Shown here: positions 1 to 9,654 of the stretch, in pieces
Numbering within the stretch: position 1 is the first letter of the stretch
How the letters are laid out: each line of letters begins with the position of its first letter
Assembly: GCA_000960865.2 (NCBI GenBank)
Contig: JZWU02000003.1
Span: 11,250 to 75,249 of the forward strand
Origin: Vulcanisaeta sp. AZ3
GTDB lineage: Archaea; Thermoproteota; Thermoprotei; Thermoproteales; Thermocladiaceae
Direction of reading: 5' to 3'
DNA length: 64,000 bases
Program-made: the position numbers and the translations under genes
The notes under the pieces: generated by a model
Databases searched by the model: none
The model's input: the letters and a program-made list of their open reading frames with translations, nothing else
What the model was told of the DNA's origin: nothing

Positions 1-410
1 TCTTGGAGCGCAGTATTATCTATCTTAGCCGATAGTCTCGATACCATCTTCAGTAATTCAACATCAACATCCCACTGCTTACTAAGTTCCTCAATCTCTA
101 TTGGCGTATTCAATGCGTAGACCCCCTTACCACCAACAACCTTTATACCCACATCCTCCTTAGCCAGCGACTCCTTAAGCGCAGCAGTAGTTATTGTAGT
201 ACTTCCTGAGGAATCCCAATCCATCCCGATTATGTTATTAAAGGCTTGGAAGAATATTGGGTTCGAAAACAACCTTATTGTTTCCCTAATACCATGTTCA
301 TTAATGAGCAGTTCAACAATTAATCCACTTAACTTAACCATCCTGCTATATAACCATGGTGGTACGTGCCCCGTGTGTAACGGTAAATCGGCAAAACCCG
401 ATATACCCAC
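1..410 (-). CDS. DUF763-family protein, partial (runs off window start)
   Basis: Manual translation from GTG at 410: MGISGFADLPLHTGHVPPWLYSRMVKLS...FFQAFNNIIGMDWDSSGSTT...VVGGKG...SRLSAKIDNTALQ. The ADLPLH, MDWxSSG and GGKG motifs are typical of DUF763. Not in the ORF track. Confidence 0.85.
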   Translation of the reverse strand, partial: MGISGFADLPLHTGHVPPWLYSRMVKLSGLIVELLINEHGIRETIRLFSNPIFFQAFNNIIGMDWDSSGSTTITTAALKESLAKEDVGIKVVGGKGVYALNTPIEIEELSKQWDVDVELLKMVSRLSAKIDNTALQ

Positions 411-518
411 GATTAATTAAGTCAGGACCCTTTATAAAGTCCTTTTGTTTAAATACCCTCGGTAAGGTCTCATTATGAGGTTATATTTTTATGCTAGATT
501 CCGTTCACTAAAGAATTA

Positions 519-1733
519 ATGGACTTCGGTCTGAGCAGGGAGGAGAGTCTATTTAGAGATTCTGTTAGGGAGTTGGGTGAACGTTACATAAAACCATATT
601 GGGTAGATCTCGATGAAGGTAAATACTCACTACTGAACATAATACCGAGACTTGCAGAGCATGGGTTAGTCGGCCTAACCCTAAGTTCTAAGTATGGTGG
701 TTCTGAGGGTTCATTCCTAATGGCTGCTATAGCGGCTGAGGAACTTGCCTATGCAGACCCAAGTCTAGCTGTTCCTGTTTACTTCCTACTAGAGACTGCA
801 TGGCCCTTCATAGTACAGCGATACGCTAGGGATAGTGTTAAGGAGGAGGTTCTACCGAGGCTTACCAAGGGCGAGGCTTGGATTGGTATTGCATCCACAG
901 AGCCTCAGGGCGGTAGTGATGTTGCTAGTGAGAGGACTGAGGCTAGGCTTGTCAATGGTAAGTTTGTGGTTTCTGGTGAAAAGAATATGGTTACTGGCGT
1001 ATCGATAGCTCTTAATTTACCCTATGGTGGTGGTTTTGTAACGATAACCAGAACAGGCTCCCTAGAGGCTAAACACAGGGCGATAACAACAATGTTACTT
1101 ATGATCAAGAGGAATGGCGTGATCAATCAGGGCTTTGAGAATAAAGACTATGAGGAATGGGGTAGAAGAGGCATACCTACAGGTTATTTAAGACTTAATG
1201 GAATAACCGTCGACCCAGATTTCGTGCTTGGAGAGGTCAATGGGGGCTTTAAGATAGCCATGGAGGGCTTCGACGTAGCTAGGACGCTAATTGGTGCGGC
1301 TGCCCTTGGCACAACGCGTTGGATGCTTGAACAGGGTAAGGAATGGGCTAAGAATAGAGTGATCTTTGGTAAGCCCATATCCTCATACCAAGCAATTAGT
1401 TTTAAGTACGCCGAACTAAGTACTAGACTTGAGGCCGCCAGGCTCATGGTTTATAAGGCAGCTTGGTTGGCTGATGAATTCTATAGAGGCGGCTCGATCT
1501 CCATACTGGATGTTGCCAATGCTGGTGCAATGGCAAAAATGCTTGCCGTGGAATTAGCGATCGATGCTGGGCTAGAGGTTATGAAGTGGTTTGGCGGTGT
1601 TAGTTACTTCAAGGAGACGCCCATAGCTAGGGCATTGTTGGGAGCACTGAGTTATTACGTAGGTGCTGAGGGTACACAGAATATTATGAGGCTTATAATT
1701 GCTAGGAACCTAATAGGTAAGGAGGTAGAGTAG
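519..1733 (+). CDS. acyl-CoA dehydrogenase
   Basis: MDFGLS start, STEPQGGSD, GEKNMVT, RVIFGKPISSYQAISFK, catalytic Glu region GAEGTQNIMR. Confidence 0.93.
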   Translation: MDFGLSREESLFRDSVRELGERYIKPYWVDLDEGKYSLLNIIPRLAEHGLVGLTLSSKYGGSEGSFLMAAIAAEELAYADPSLAVPVYFLLETAWPFIVQRYARDSVKEEVLPRLTKGEAWIGIASTEPQGGSDVASERTEARLVNGKFVVSGEKNMVTGVSIALNLPYGGGFVTITRTGSLEAKHRAITTMLLMIKRNGVINQGFENKDYEEWGRRGIPTGYLRLNGITVDPDFVLGEVNGGFKIAMEGFDVARTLIGAAALGTTRWMLEQGKEWAKNRVIFGKPISSYQAISFKYAELSTRLEAARLMVYKAAWLADEFYRGGSISILDVANAGAMAKMLAVELAIDAGLEVMKWFGGVSYFKETPIARALLGALSYYVGAEGTQNIMRLIIARNLIGKEVE

Positions 1734-1798
1734 TAAGCTCGTTAGTAAAGAGTAAAGGCAAAAATATTTTTAAAATCCAAATCACGCATTCGAATGCT

Positions 1799-2206
1799 AT
1801 GTCTCAACAAGGAGCAGTACAATCAAAGCCAGGAACGGCATATGTATTATCGCTTATAGGGAGTATACTCATGTTAATATCCGCAATTGTAATAATAATT
1901 GGAGGCGTAATATTGAGTTCTATGCAAGTTTTCTTTGGTTATCATAGATTTTACCCTATTATGCCTGGCTTTATTTTTGCGCCTGCTTTCGTAATTGTGT
2001 TTGGTATTATTGGTTTAATTGTGAGTGCGTTGGCTTTATACTTCTCTATTAGATTGAGTAGGTTAAGTGATGTTGATGCTGTGCACAATACTGGTATTGT
2101 GCTTCTCATCTTATCAATAGTAGGTCTATTCACAGCCAACGGCTTCATCATAGGCTTCATACTACTCCTCGTAGGTTCAATACTAGCTCTAACGTGGAAA
2201 CCATAA
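1799..2206 (+). CDS. small multi-pass membrane protein
   Basis: About four hydrophobic segments, ending GFIIGFILLLVGSILALTWKP; TATA-like tttttaaa upstream. Confidence 0.8.
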   Translation: MSQQGAVQSKPGTAYVLSLIGSILMLISAIVIIIGGVILSSMQVFFGYHRFYPIMPGFIFAPAFVIVFGIIGLIVSALALYFSIRLSRLSDVDAVHNTGIVLLILSIVGLFTANGFIIGFILLLVGSILALTWKP

Positions 2207-2233
2207 AAACTAGGCCTAGAATCTCCTTTAAAA

Positions 2234-2473
2234 ATGATTAGCAAGGCTGTTATTAAGTACATGAGGGATTTATTAAATCCCTACTCTGAATATTACTCAG
2301 ACGGTATGTTAAACAGTGAGGGCATGACACTGCTAAGGATAATAGCTAGGGAAGTACTTAAGGAAAACCCAAACCTAAGGCCTAGATTTGTAAAGGCAAG
2401 GCGTAGGCGGGATTATGAGTATATTGCTGAGCTTATTAATGATGTATTTTCCTCTCTTTCGCAGCCTTCTTAA
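2234..2473 (+). CDS. hypothetical protein
   Basis: 79-aa ORF with protein-like composition directly downstream of the previous gene. Confidence 0.65.
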   Translation: MISKAVIKYMRDLLNPYSEYYSDGMLNSEGMTLLRIIAREVLKENPNLRPRFVKARRRRDYEYIAELINDVFSSLSQPS

Positions 2474-2681
2474 TGAATTTAGTCGACTTATTGTAAATTT
2501 TATTGATGTTGAAGCCTCTACCCTTCACTATGATCATTATCAGCAGTATAATTAGCAATACCGAGGAAGCCACACGCTTAAGAAACATAATTAGCGCGCC
2601 CACTATCTTATTCACAATCAATGCACCCATGATAACTAAACGCAATAACTACTTATATCTATCTCCATAATTAAATAATAC

Positions 2682-4193
2682 GTGGCGGAATTAACAACAG
2701 CACTTAGCATTGCCAGAATGTGTTCCTCTCTAATCGATTTAATGGGTGGTTCAACGGCTGAGTATGAATTCATACAATGGCTTCTTAATCAGATGGATAA
2801 TCCAATGCTAACTTACGAGTTACATCCAATCAGCACCTTGGTTTGGAGGGATAGGTTCTCAAGGATTATTTATGGTAATAAGGAGTTTAAAGCCTTAAGC
2901 ATGCCCTTGACTCTTGGGGGTTCAGGTAGGGGTAAACTCACCATGGACACTAATGATGCGGAAGGTAAGGTTTTGCTTACGGATTTTCCTGAGGATATGG
3001 ATGATGCGAAGTACATGTACATAAAAGCCATGGAAAAGGGAGCCCTTGCTGTAATCTTTAGAGATAGGTATTCAGGTGTTAATAGGAGAATTGTAGTTAC
3101 AGCAACTCCTGATTACTCATGGAATAGGGCACCACCACCAGTAACTCCAGCTCTCATGGTATCTAGGGAAATTGGTGATGAGTTAAGTAAGTATGTTGGT
3201 GAGGATGTAGAGTTTATTAGTGATGTAGAGACTGGTCTAGGTACTGGTTATAATCTGATAGTGAATCTTGAGGGTGATAAGGAGGAGAGTGTGGTATTGG
3301 CTGTTCATCATGATCACTGGTTAACGGGTTTTTCTGATGATTGCCTAGGGGTTGGTCTTGGCGTTCAATTACTTCTTGATAAGATTAGAAGCAGAGGTGA
3401 GTTGAAGAGGGGTTTAAGTCTAATTTCTTTCACGGCGGAGGAGGCTGGTAATCCAGGCTTTGCGGGTCTCTATTGGGCTTATGGATCCACTAGATACGTA
3501 GAATACTTAAGTAGGAGGAATTTACTCGGTAGTGTTTATGCTGTGTTTGATTTAGATGTAATTGGTAGGCAATACGTAATACACACGAGTGAAGATCTCT
3601 CACCTCAACTCAGTCAGTTAATCAATGCCCAGTGGGAGTTGCCGAAGCCCTATTTCGATGCGTTGAATTTTGAGATGAATGGTGTACCTGCAATGACAAT
3701 TTCAAGTCTTGATCATTACTGGGATGTCTACCATACTGATAAAGATAATGAGAATAACATAAACATTAAGGATTTGGAATCTGCATATGACGCAGCACAG
3801 CAATTATTAAATTATTTATTGACGAATGACCTAACGCCATCACCATACATATCAGTCTTGAATAGGGACTTGGTAAGTGTTGGGTTGGGCATTGAACTTA
3901 AGGAGGATTGGTTAACGTATAGACTCGTTAAGTATTTATTATCTAAGTACCTAGTTGAGTATAGGCGTGATGGTTCTATAAAAACCATATACACGAACTC
4001 CATACTATCCTACGTGAGGAGGTTCATAAATATAAATGACATAAACCAGGTACCACTTAAGGTCGAGGAAATGGGTACCGGCAAGGTTATCATGGATACA
4101 AGTACGGTAAAGAACCTCAAACAACTAAGTAATTACATATCGCAAGTAATAGAGTCGTTAACAGAGGACATGAGTATAAACATCACAACCTAA
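2682..4193 (+). CDS. M28-family metallopeptidase (aminopeptidase-like, PA domain)
   Basis: Metal-ligand motifs HHDHW..GFSDD, FTAEE, DLDVIG, YHTDKD. Confidence 0.8.
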   Translation: MAELTTALSIARMCSSLIDLMGGSTAEYEFIQWLLNQMDNPMLTYELHPISTLVWRDRFSRIIYGNKEFKALSMPLTLGGSGRGKLTMDTNDAEGKVLLTDFPEDMDDAKYMYIKAMEKGALAVIFRDRYSGVNRRIVVTATPDYSWNRAPPPVTPALMVSREIGDELSKYVGEDVEFISDVETGLGTGYNLIVNLEGDKEESVVLAVHHDHWLTGFSDDCLGVGLGVQLLLDKIRSRGELKRGLSLISFTAEEAGNPGFAGLYWAYGSTRYVEYLSRRNLLGSVYAVFDLDVIGRQYVIHTSEDLSPQLSQLINAQWELPKPYFDALNFEMNGVPAMTISSLDHYWDVYHTDKDNENNINIKDLESAYDAAQQLLNYLLTNDLTPSPYISVLNRDLVSVGLGIELKEDWLTYRLVKYLLSKYLVEYRRDGSIKTIYTNSILSYVRRFININDINQVPLKVEEMGTGKVIMDTSTVKNLKQLSNYISQVIESLTEDMSINITT

Positions 4194-4654
4194 ACCTCCT
4201 TAGTTCCAGTTTTCTCTCTAATCAATGTACTAGAGACCTTATTGCCAAATCCGTCCTTAATTATCGGTACAGCAATGATATAGAGAGGCCTTAATCCTCT
4301 CTCTCTCCTCAGATTATTTATCTCAATAGCTCTCGGTAGTGTCTCTAGACTTACGACTATTGCATCAATCGTTGGATCAACAATTGTTGGGCCATATGGG
4401 TCGTTAATGAAGTCAACGATTACATCATCCTCATTACCCCCTAACTCTTTAATGAGACTCTTGAGGTTTAAGACTCTTATCTTCATGGGCTTTACCTTAT
4501 ATGTTTTATAGGATTGCGCAAACTCATCGCTAGTAACTCCAACTAGAACCTTACGCCCATGTTTAAGTGCCGTGAATAACAATGCAACGTGGCCTGTGTG
4601 TAGTGTGTCGAATGTACCGCCTAGGGCAACTTTCCTAAACTTATACTCTCTCAT
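4190..4654 (-). CDS. coaD: archaeal phosphopantetheine adenylyltransferase
   Basis: GGTFDTLHTGH (HxGH), VGVTSDEF, DPYGP, IVVSLET, VSSTLIR. Confidence 0.9.
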   Translation of the reverse strand: MREYKFRKVALGGTFDTLHTGHVALLFTALKHGRKVLVGVTSDEFAQSYKTYKVKPMKIRVLNLKSLIKELGGNEDDVIVDFINDPYGPTIVDPTIDAIVVSLETLPRAIEINNLRRERGLRPLYIIAVPIIKDGFGNKVSSTLIREKTGTKEV

Positions 4655-4815
4655 GCTATTAATTACCAGGCTAAACCTAGTTCTCGGTCCTTAATAAGTA
4701 TTATATGGTTTCCTCTTTTCGTGACAAACTATATATGTAATAGTTAATTATATATAATGGGTAGAAAAGTATCACTTAAGAGTAGGTTTTTTATACTCAA
4801 TTATACCCTATATGT

Positions 4816-5805
4816 GTGTCATCGATATATAGGAGGGTTATTAGGATTGGTGAGAAGAGTATAGGGATAACACTGCCGAGACGATGGCTTGATACAATCA
4901 ACGTAGGCATTGGCGATGTTGTTGAGATTAACCTTGTGGGTAAGGTAATAGTCATTAAACCAATAACACAGGCTGGTGGTGAGACCAACGAGGTCAGCAT
5001 ATCGCTTAGCGGTACTGCTGATGAAACAACTAGGGTAATAATTGCGAGTTATATTGAGGGTTATGATAATATCGAGCTCATAGGCCAAAAGGATACCATT
5101 CGTAGGGCATTTTCCAGTGTTGAGAATAAGTTACCTGGTTCTCTCATGCTCGAGAGTGACGGCAGTGTATTAATTAAGGTGGCTACGAGTGAGTCAAATG
5201 TTGATCTTAATGAGGTGATTAATAGTATGGCCAATATTCTAAATTCAATGTTCGATAAATTCATTGATTATCTAAATACGAACATAATTAATCAGTTAAA
5301 TGAGGTTCTCGAATTAGACAATCAAATGGATAAGCTTTACTTTTTAGCCCTGAGGACTATTAAGAAATTATCTTTTAGAGATCCGAAGAGGGCAATTGAT
5401 GATACAATAGTGGTTAAAAATCTAGAGCACGCAGCGGATGCACTAGATAGGCTATCCAATGCCTTCATGAGGGTTCAACCAACGCAATGTAGGCGTGAGA
5501 TTAGTGAGAAGCTTAGGGATGTTTGGACGTACATAATGAAGGCTGTGTATGCATACCTAGACAATAACATAGGTAATGCCCTGAGGGTACTTCTTGATAG
5601 AGAGCGCATGTTAAATAATATGCTTGAGCTTGCAAACATGGGTTGCGTAAACTTAAGCGATTTATTAACAGCCGTGATACATGAAGGACAATTAATTGTC
5701 GCACTGGCAGCCGACATAGCTGAAGCGTCCTTCAGTAGGCATGTTAGGAGCATTGCAAAGCCAATAAAAGTACCAACCGGAGAGGAGTTGAGCAGCGAGG
5801 AGTGA
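4816..5805 (+). CDS. AbrB-domain / PhoU-family phosphate uptake regulator
   Basis: N-terminal RRVIRIGEKSIGITLPRRW (AbrB-like), IIASYIEGYD, PhoU-like repeats (DNQMDKLYFL, KNLEHAAD). Confidence 0.85.
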   Translation: MSSIYRRVIRIGEKSIGITLPRRWLDTINVGIGDVVEINLVGKVIVIKPITQAGGETNEVSISLSGTADETTRVIIASYIEGYDNIELIGQKDTIRRAFSSVENKLPGSLMLESDGSVLIKVATSESNVDLNEVINSMANILNSMFDKFIDYLNTNIINQLNEVLELDNQMDKLYFLALRTIKKLSFRDPKRAIDDTIVVKNLEHAADALDRLSNAFMRVQPTQCRREISEKLRDVWTYIMKAVYAYLDNNIGNALRVLLDRERMLNNMLELANMGCVNLSDLLTAVIHEGQLIVALAADIAEASFSRHVRSIAKPIKVPTGEELSSEE

Positions 5806-5817
5806 TTAGGAAACGTT

Positions 5818-5866
5818 ATGATGAGCACGTCGGTAGCTGATGGATGAGGATGGTCAGAGATGCTGA
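5818..5866 (+). ncRNA. box C/D methylation guide sRNA
   Basis: C ATGATGA (5818-24), 12-nt guide GCACGTCGGTAG, D' CTGA (5837-40), C' ATGAGGA (5844-50), 12-nt guide TGGTCAGAGATG, D CTGA (5863-66); canonical spacing. Confidence 0.8.
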
Positions 5867-6506
5867 AATACGTAGATTAAGGGATCTAGAACTACTCGTA
5901 CAAAACATACCTAGTTATACCCACCCTAAGTTAGTTCTTGAGCAGTACGTGACAGATGCTAACATAGTAGCTGTTGCGGTTTGGGATGCTTACATTAGGG
6001 GTTATTTAATGGGTGCTAAGGTCCTCGATCTAGGGTGTGGGACGGGTAGGTTCTCAATTGCAGCTGCACTAATGGGTGCTAGGCACGTTGCGTGTGTGGA
6101 TGTGGATTTGAGTGCTGTAAATGTTGCTAAGAAATACGTGGATAAGCACGGACTTAATAATGTGGATTTCATAGTAATGGATGCGAGGCAAGATGCATTA
6201 AGGGGAGAATACAATGTTGTGTTTCAAAATCCACCCTTTGGGATATGGACAGAGAGAGGTATTGATGTGAAGTTCCTAAAGACTGCTATGAGACATAGTA
6301 ATGTAATTTACACAATACATAAATTAACCACGTTAAAATTCATAAGCGAGAAATTAAAAGGATGGGGCTGCACAATGAGTATTTTGGATACGATCACAAT
6401 AACAATACCACCAATGTACTTGCATCACAGGAAAAGAAAGTATAGAGTCAAGGTATTTCTGGCAAGAGCTGAGTGCGGAAATAAGGGAGGAATTAATGTG
6501 AAATAA
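5844..6506 (+). CDS. METTL5-like N6-adenine RNA methyltransferase
   Basis: LEQYVT, VLDLGCGTG (SAM binding), QNPPFG catalytic motif, HHRKRK near the C-terminus. Exact start uncertain. Confidence 0.88.
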   Translation: MRMVRDAEIRRLRDLELLVQNIPSYTHPKLVLEQYVTDANIVAVAVWDAYIRGYLMGAKVLDLGCGTGRFSIAAALMGARHVACVDVDLSAVNVAKKYVDKHGLNNVDFIVMDARQDALRGEYNVVFQNPPFGIWTERGIDVKFLKTAMRHSNVIYTIHKLTTLKFISEKLKGWGCTMSILDTITITIPPMYLHHRKRKYRVKVFLARAECGNKGGINVK

Positions 6507-6544
6507 AAGTAAAGTTAAAAATACCAATAGTGATTAAGGAAATT

Positions 6545-6632
6545 GCGGGGGTGCCCGAGCCAGGTCAAAGGGGACGGGTTCAGGTCCCGTTGGCGAAGGC
6601 CTGCGTGGGTTCGAATCCCACCCCCCGCACCA
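6545..6632 (+). tRNA. tRNA-Leu(CAG)
   Basis: GCGGGGG/CCCCCGC acceptor with A73 and encoded CCA; ACGGG-TT-CAG-GT-CCCGT anticodon arm; long variable arm; GTTCGAATC T-loop. Confidence 0.97.
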
Positions 6633-6708
6633 AATGCAGCGAGCCAACCATGGCAGGCCTACCTCAGGAGAGTTAATTTTTTAAGTTGTTGTGGTGCATT
6701 GTGATGTG

Positions 6709-6981
6709 ATGAAGGTTCAGGTTAAGTTTCTTGCTTCGATGTATGCCGTTACTAAGGTGCTTAAGACTGAGATTAATGTACCTGAAAATACCACCGTTAA
6801 GGATTTAATTCAAATAATCGATAAGACAATAAATCCCAATTTCTCAAAGGCAATCCTCGACGACAACGGTAAGTTAAAGGTTCGTCATGTGATATTAATT
6901 AATAGTAGATCAATAGACTTCCTTAAAGGTCTAGACACAAAACTATCAAACAATGATGAAGTTATATTTTTAGGATGCTAG
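6709..6981 (+). CDS. MoaD/ThiS/SAMP-type ubiquitin-like protein lacking the C-terminal GG
   Basis: MKVQVKFLA...TVKDLI...ILINSRSIDFLKGLDTKLSNNDEVIFL beta-grasp pattern; ends FLGC instead of PPxxGG. Confidence 0.8.
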   Translation: MKVQVKFLASMYAVTKVLKTEINVPENTTVKDLIQIIDKTINPNFSKAILDDNGKLKVRHVILINSRSIDFLKGLDTKLSNNDEVIFLGC

Positions 6982-7031
6982 TTACAGCAATATCCGCCAA
7001 TACAAACCTTCTATTGACAAATACTGCCATA

Positions 7032-7646
7032 TTACTCTTCGATTTTTGGTAAGTATTTAATTCTATTTTGAAGCTTAACGTATATCTTAACCCAATCAAT
7101 CTTAAACAAAGCCACTGCTAACGCCGTAAATGCCACAGCCATAATAACCTGAAACGTTGATAAGCTCACACTAAATCTTAACACTTCATATAATGATGAA
7201 AAGAGCATAAGCTCTATCGGTATCTCCACAGAGCTCTTTATTAACTTACCTACAAATATGTACGCATTTAACAATAACGGCCTTACAACAGCAGCCCCAG
7301 CACCTATGTATAAGTAATCATCAAGTGGCAGACCTGGTATTGCAGCAAGTATTATTACCAACACCCAAAACGGTGCCTTATTTGACAGAGCCATTATTAA
7401 TTTAACTGCACTTGTTCTCCTAAGCGGTCTCTTTAACGCATAACCTAGAGCGTAGGATACGTTTTTAGATACTGCAGCGCCAATTGCGGTTATTACAATT
7501 ACCGTCGCAATGCTATAAACAGATCCACCATTACTGAGAAGAACTAATGATGCATATACAGTGTACGCCTCACCGAAGAATGGGAGAGCATTACTTATGA
7601 AACTTATGAAAAATATTGATAGTAATGTTATTATATCCATACTCAT
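7032..7646 (-). CDS. membrane protein, DedA/VTT-like
   Basis: Multiple TM segments, SFISNALPFFG, AIPGLPLDD. Confidence 0.7.
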   Translation of the reverse strand: MSMDIITLLSIFFISFISNALPFFGEAYTVYASLVLLSNGGSVYSIATVIVITAIGAAVSKNVSYALGYALKRPLRRTSAVKLIMALSNKAPFWVLVIILAAIPGLPLDDYLYIGAGAAVVRPLLLNAYIFVGKLIKSSVEIPIELMLFSSLYEVLRFSVSLSTFQVIMAVAFTALAVALFKIDWVKIYVKLQNRIKYLPKIEE

Positions 7647-7654
7647 CCTTAAAC

Positions 7655-9583
7655 TTACTCGCCAACTTTTAGGCTTTTCAATGAGAATATAGCAATACCA
7701 ACTGCTAGTGCTATTAATACTAAGCCCACGGCTAAGAACGCCACATTATAATTTATTACGGAGGTACTTACAGCATTTAACGATGCTTGGCTAACGTTTA
7801 TTGGCTGTATGCTTGTTACTATGTATGCTGCATTGCATGAATTTGTTGAGGATGCAAGTTCATAAAGTGCTTGGGAGTATGATGCTGCAAGTTCATAAAG
7901 TTGGAGAGCGGCTGCTAAGTTATTCATATTGCCTGTGGAGTTATACGTGGTTAAGTAGTAGTTACCGAAGTCTATGTAGGATATTGCCAGCATTGGGAAT
8001 AACCCGCATCTATTCTCTGCCTCATATGTATTGTATATGGCTAGTTTCTTCACGTATTTTGTTATGTTAATTAAGTAACCCATACTTACCTGGCCATTCA
8101 TGGTGGGTAAGAATAATAAATGTAGCATTGCATCATTACTAGATATGGCATCGAGGCTTTGCGCTAAGGCTAATGGATAAAGACCGTTTTGATAATTATT
8201 CTGTGCATTCTGGACCTCCTGCACCACAGAGTTCATTTCCTGCGCCGCATTAGTAATACCAACTGCGCTAGATAGTGATAATGTGTACTCTGTTATTGAT
8301 TGTGCATATACTAAATACATACTTGTTAATTCCTCAAGATAACTACTTGATATTGGTGCACCACCCTTTATAGCATTAAGTACGGCCAACCAATCTCTAA
8401 GAGTCTCAATCCTTGCCTTTGCATAGGCGAGATTACTTATAGCGTCAGGAATATTGCCACTGGATAGGTCCTGATTAGCCGTACTCAATGATTGTTGTGC
8501 GTCCTGTATTCTATCATATATTCCAATCACAATGTCTATGTTTGCTGTGGTTACGTTATAATGAGATACCATATTCTCATAGGTAGTTAGTTCATTGTTT
8601 AATTGGTTTAATAGTTCATAGAGCTGCGTTGATGTATAGTTCTGCATTTCATCTTGATAATAATTAATTAATCCTTGGAATCCAAGGCTGGCGGCTGTGT
8701 AGTACATGCCTTGGTTAGCATACTTTAGAGCTTGATTAACGTAGTTAGACACATTAGGATCTGAGGAATTCATAGCCCCACTCCTCATTAACCTATCGTA
8801 TATTCTCATCCATAGGAACTTCGTTATATTGATATAGGCTCCATTCTTCAACACTTGGCTTGGTAATGAGGGTATTGTTAGGTTAGCACCAGTGAAGTAG
8901 TAAATTGCCTGTCTCACGCTCATTATTGGTATGACATCTACACCAAGTTTCTTTCCATAATCAATTAAATTAATTACCTGACCACTACTTGTTTGATATA
9001 TTTGCTGGCCATACGGTATTAGCACTATTTCATAGCCCTCCTGAGCTGCTGCCTTTATTTTAGCCGGCAAACCACCCACTGGTCCTATTGATCCGTCAGG
9101 TAATATCATGCCCGTCATGGCTACGTCAGGGTTTAACGTGTGATTTGTTATCAATGCCCACATGCCCACAGTCACGTAACCACTCGCTGAAGGGCCCCCA
9201 ATCTCCAACGTTGTGGGTTCCACGTTTATGAGGAAATTATACTTATCGAAGGGTTGATTAGCTAAGTAAGTGGCTACCAGCGCTGCTATTTGGGATGATG
9301 ATAGGAATGTCCCACTTTCAGCCGTTGGTAATGGGCTTGAAGCCACGTACACATAGCCTGAGCCGGGTGTTATTGCTGTTATTGTTATGTTTATTACTGT
9401 GCCAGTATTATTCGAGGAAACAGCCAGAGCATGTATTGTCACTGACCTCGTGTAAACTACTAATTGTTGCCACTCACTCGCCAATACCGTTATTAACGAA
9501 GCCATTACCAATAATAATATTACAACAGCTACAATGCTAAGCCTCGATGTCTCGCTCTTCATACAGCATAACGTTGGCCTCAT
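7655..9583 (-). CDS. secreted, membrane-anchored S16 (Lon-protease-domain) serine protease
   Basis: N-terminal signal segment, GGPSASG (catalytic Ser), MTGMILPDGSIGPVGGLPAKIKAA (catalytic Lys), helical C-terminal region, C-terminal TM helix; no AAA+ module. Confidence 0.88.
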   Translation of the reverse strand: MRPTLCCMKSETSRLSIVAVVILLLVMASLITVLASEWQQLVVYTRSVTIHALAVSSNNTGTVINITITAITPGSGYVYVASSPLPTAESGTFLSSSQIAALVATYLANQPFDKYNFLINVEPTTLEIGGPSASGYVTVGMWALITNHTLNPDVAMTGMILPDGSIGPVGGLPAKIKAAAQEGYEIVLIPYGQQIYQTSSGQVINLIDYGKKLGVDVIPIMSVRQAIYYFTGANLTIPSLPSQVLKNGAYINITKFLWMRIYDRLMRSGAMNSSDPNVSNYVNQALKYANQGMYYTAASLGFQGLINYYQDEMQNYTSTQLYELLNQLNNELTTYENMVSHYNVTTANIDIVIGIYDRIQDAQQSLSTANQDLSSGNIPDAISNLAYAKARIETLRDWLAVLNAIKGGAPISSSYLEELTSMYLVYAQSITEYTLSLSSAVGITNAAQEMNSVVQEVQNAQNNYQNGLYPLALAQSLDAISSNDAMLHLLFLPTMNGQVSMGYLINITKYVKKLAIYNTYEAENRCGLFPMLAISYIDFGNYYLTTYNSTGNMNNLAAALQLYELAASYSQALYELASSTNSCNAAYIVTSIQPINVSQASLNAVSTSVINYNVAFLAVGLVLIALAVGIAIFSLKSLKVGE

Positions 9584-9654
9584 TATTAATAAAACTTACA
9601 CACTCCGCACACAGATTAAGTAGATTGAGGAACTCAATTATAGGGACTTTAAGG

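Noticed and set aside
232-420. 62-aa plus-strand ORF
   Set aside because: Antisense shadow of the DUF763-type gene on the minus strand.
2436-2645. 69-aa hydrophobic/basic minus-strand ORF
   Set aside because: Could be a small membrane protein, but it has no recognisable motif and overlaps the neighbour's 3' end; not supportable without homology evidence.
6545-7030. Integrated element at tRNA-Leu (also considered for tRNA-Arg and tRNA-Ser)
   Set aside because: No integrase and no duplicated tRNA 3' end (att site) seen in the window.
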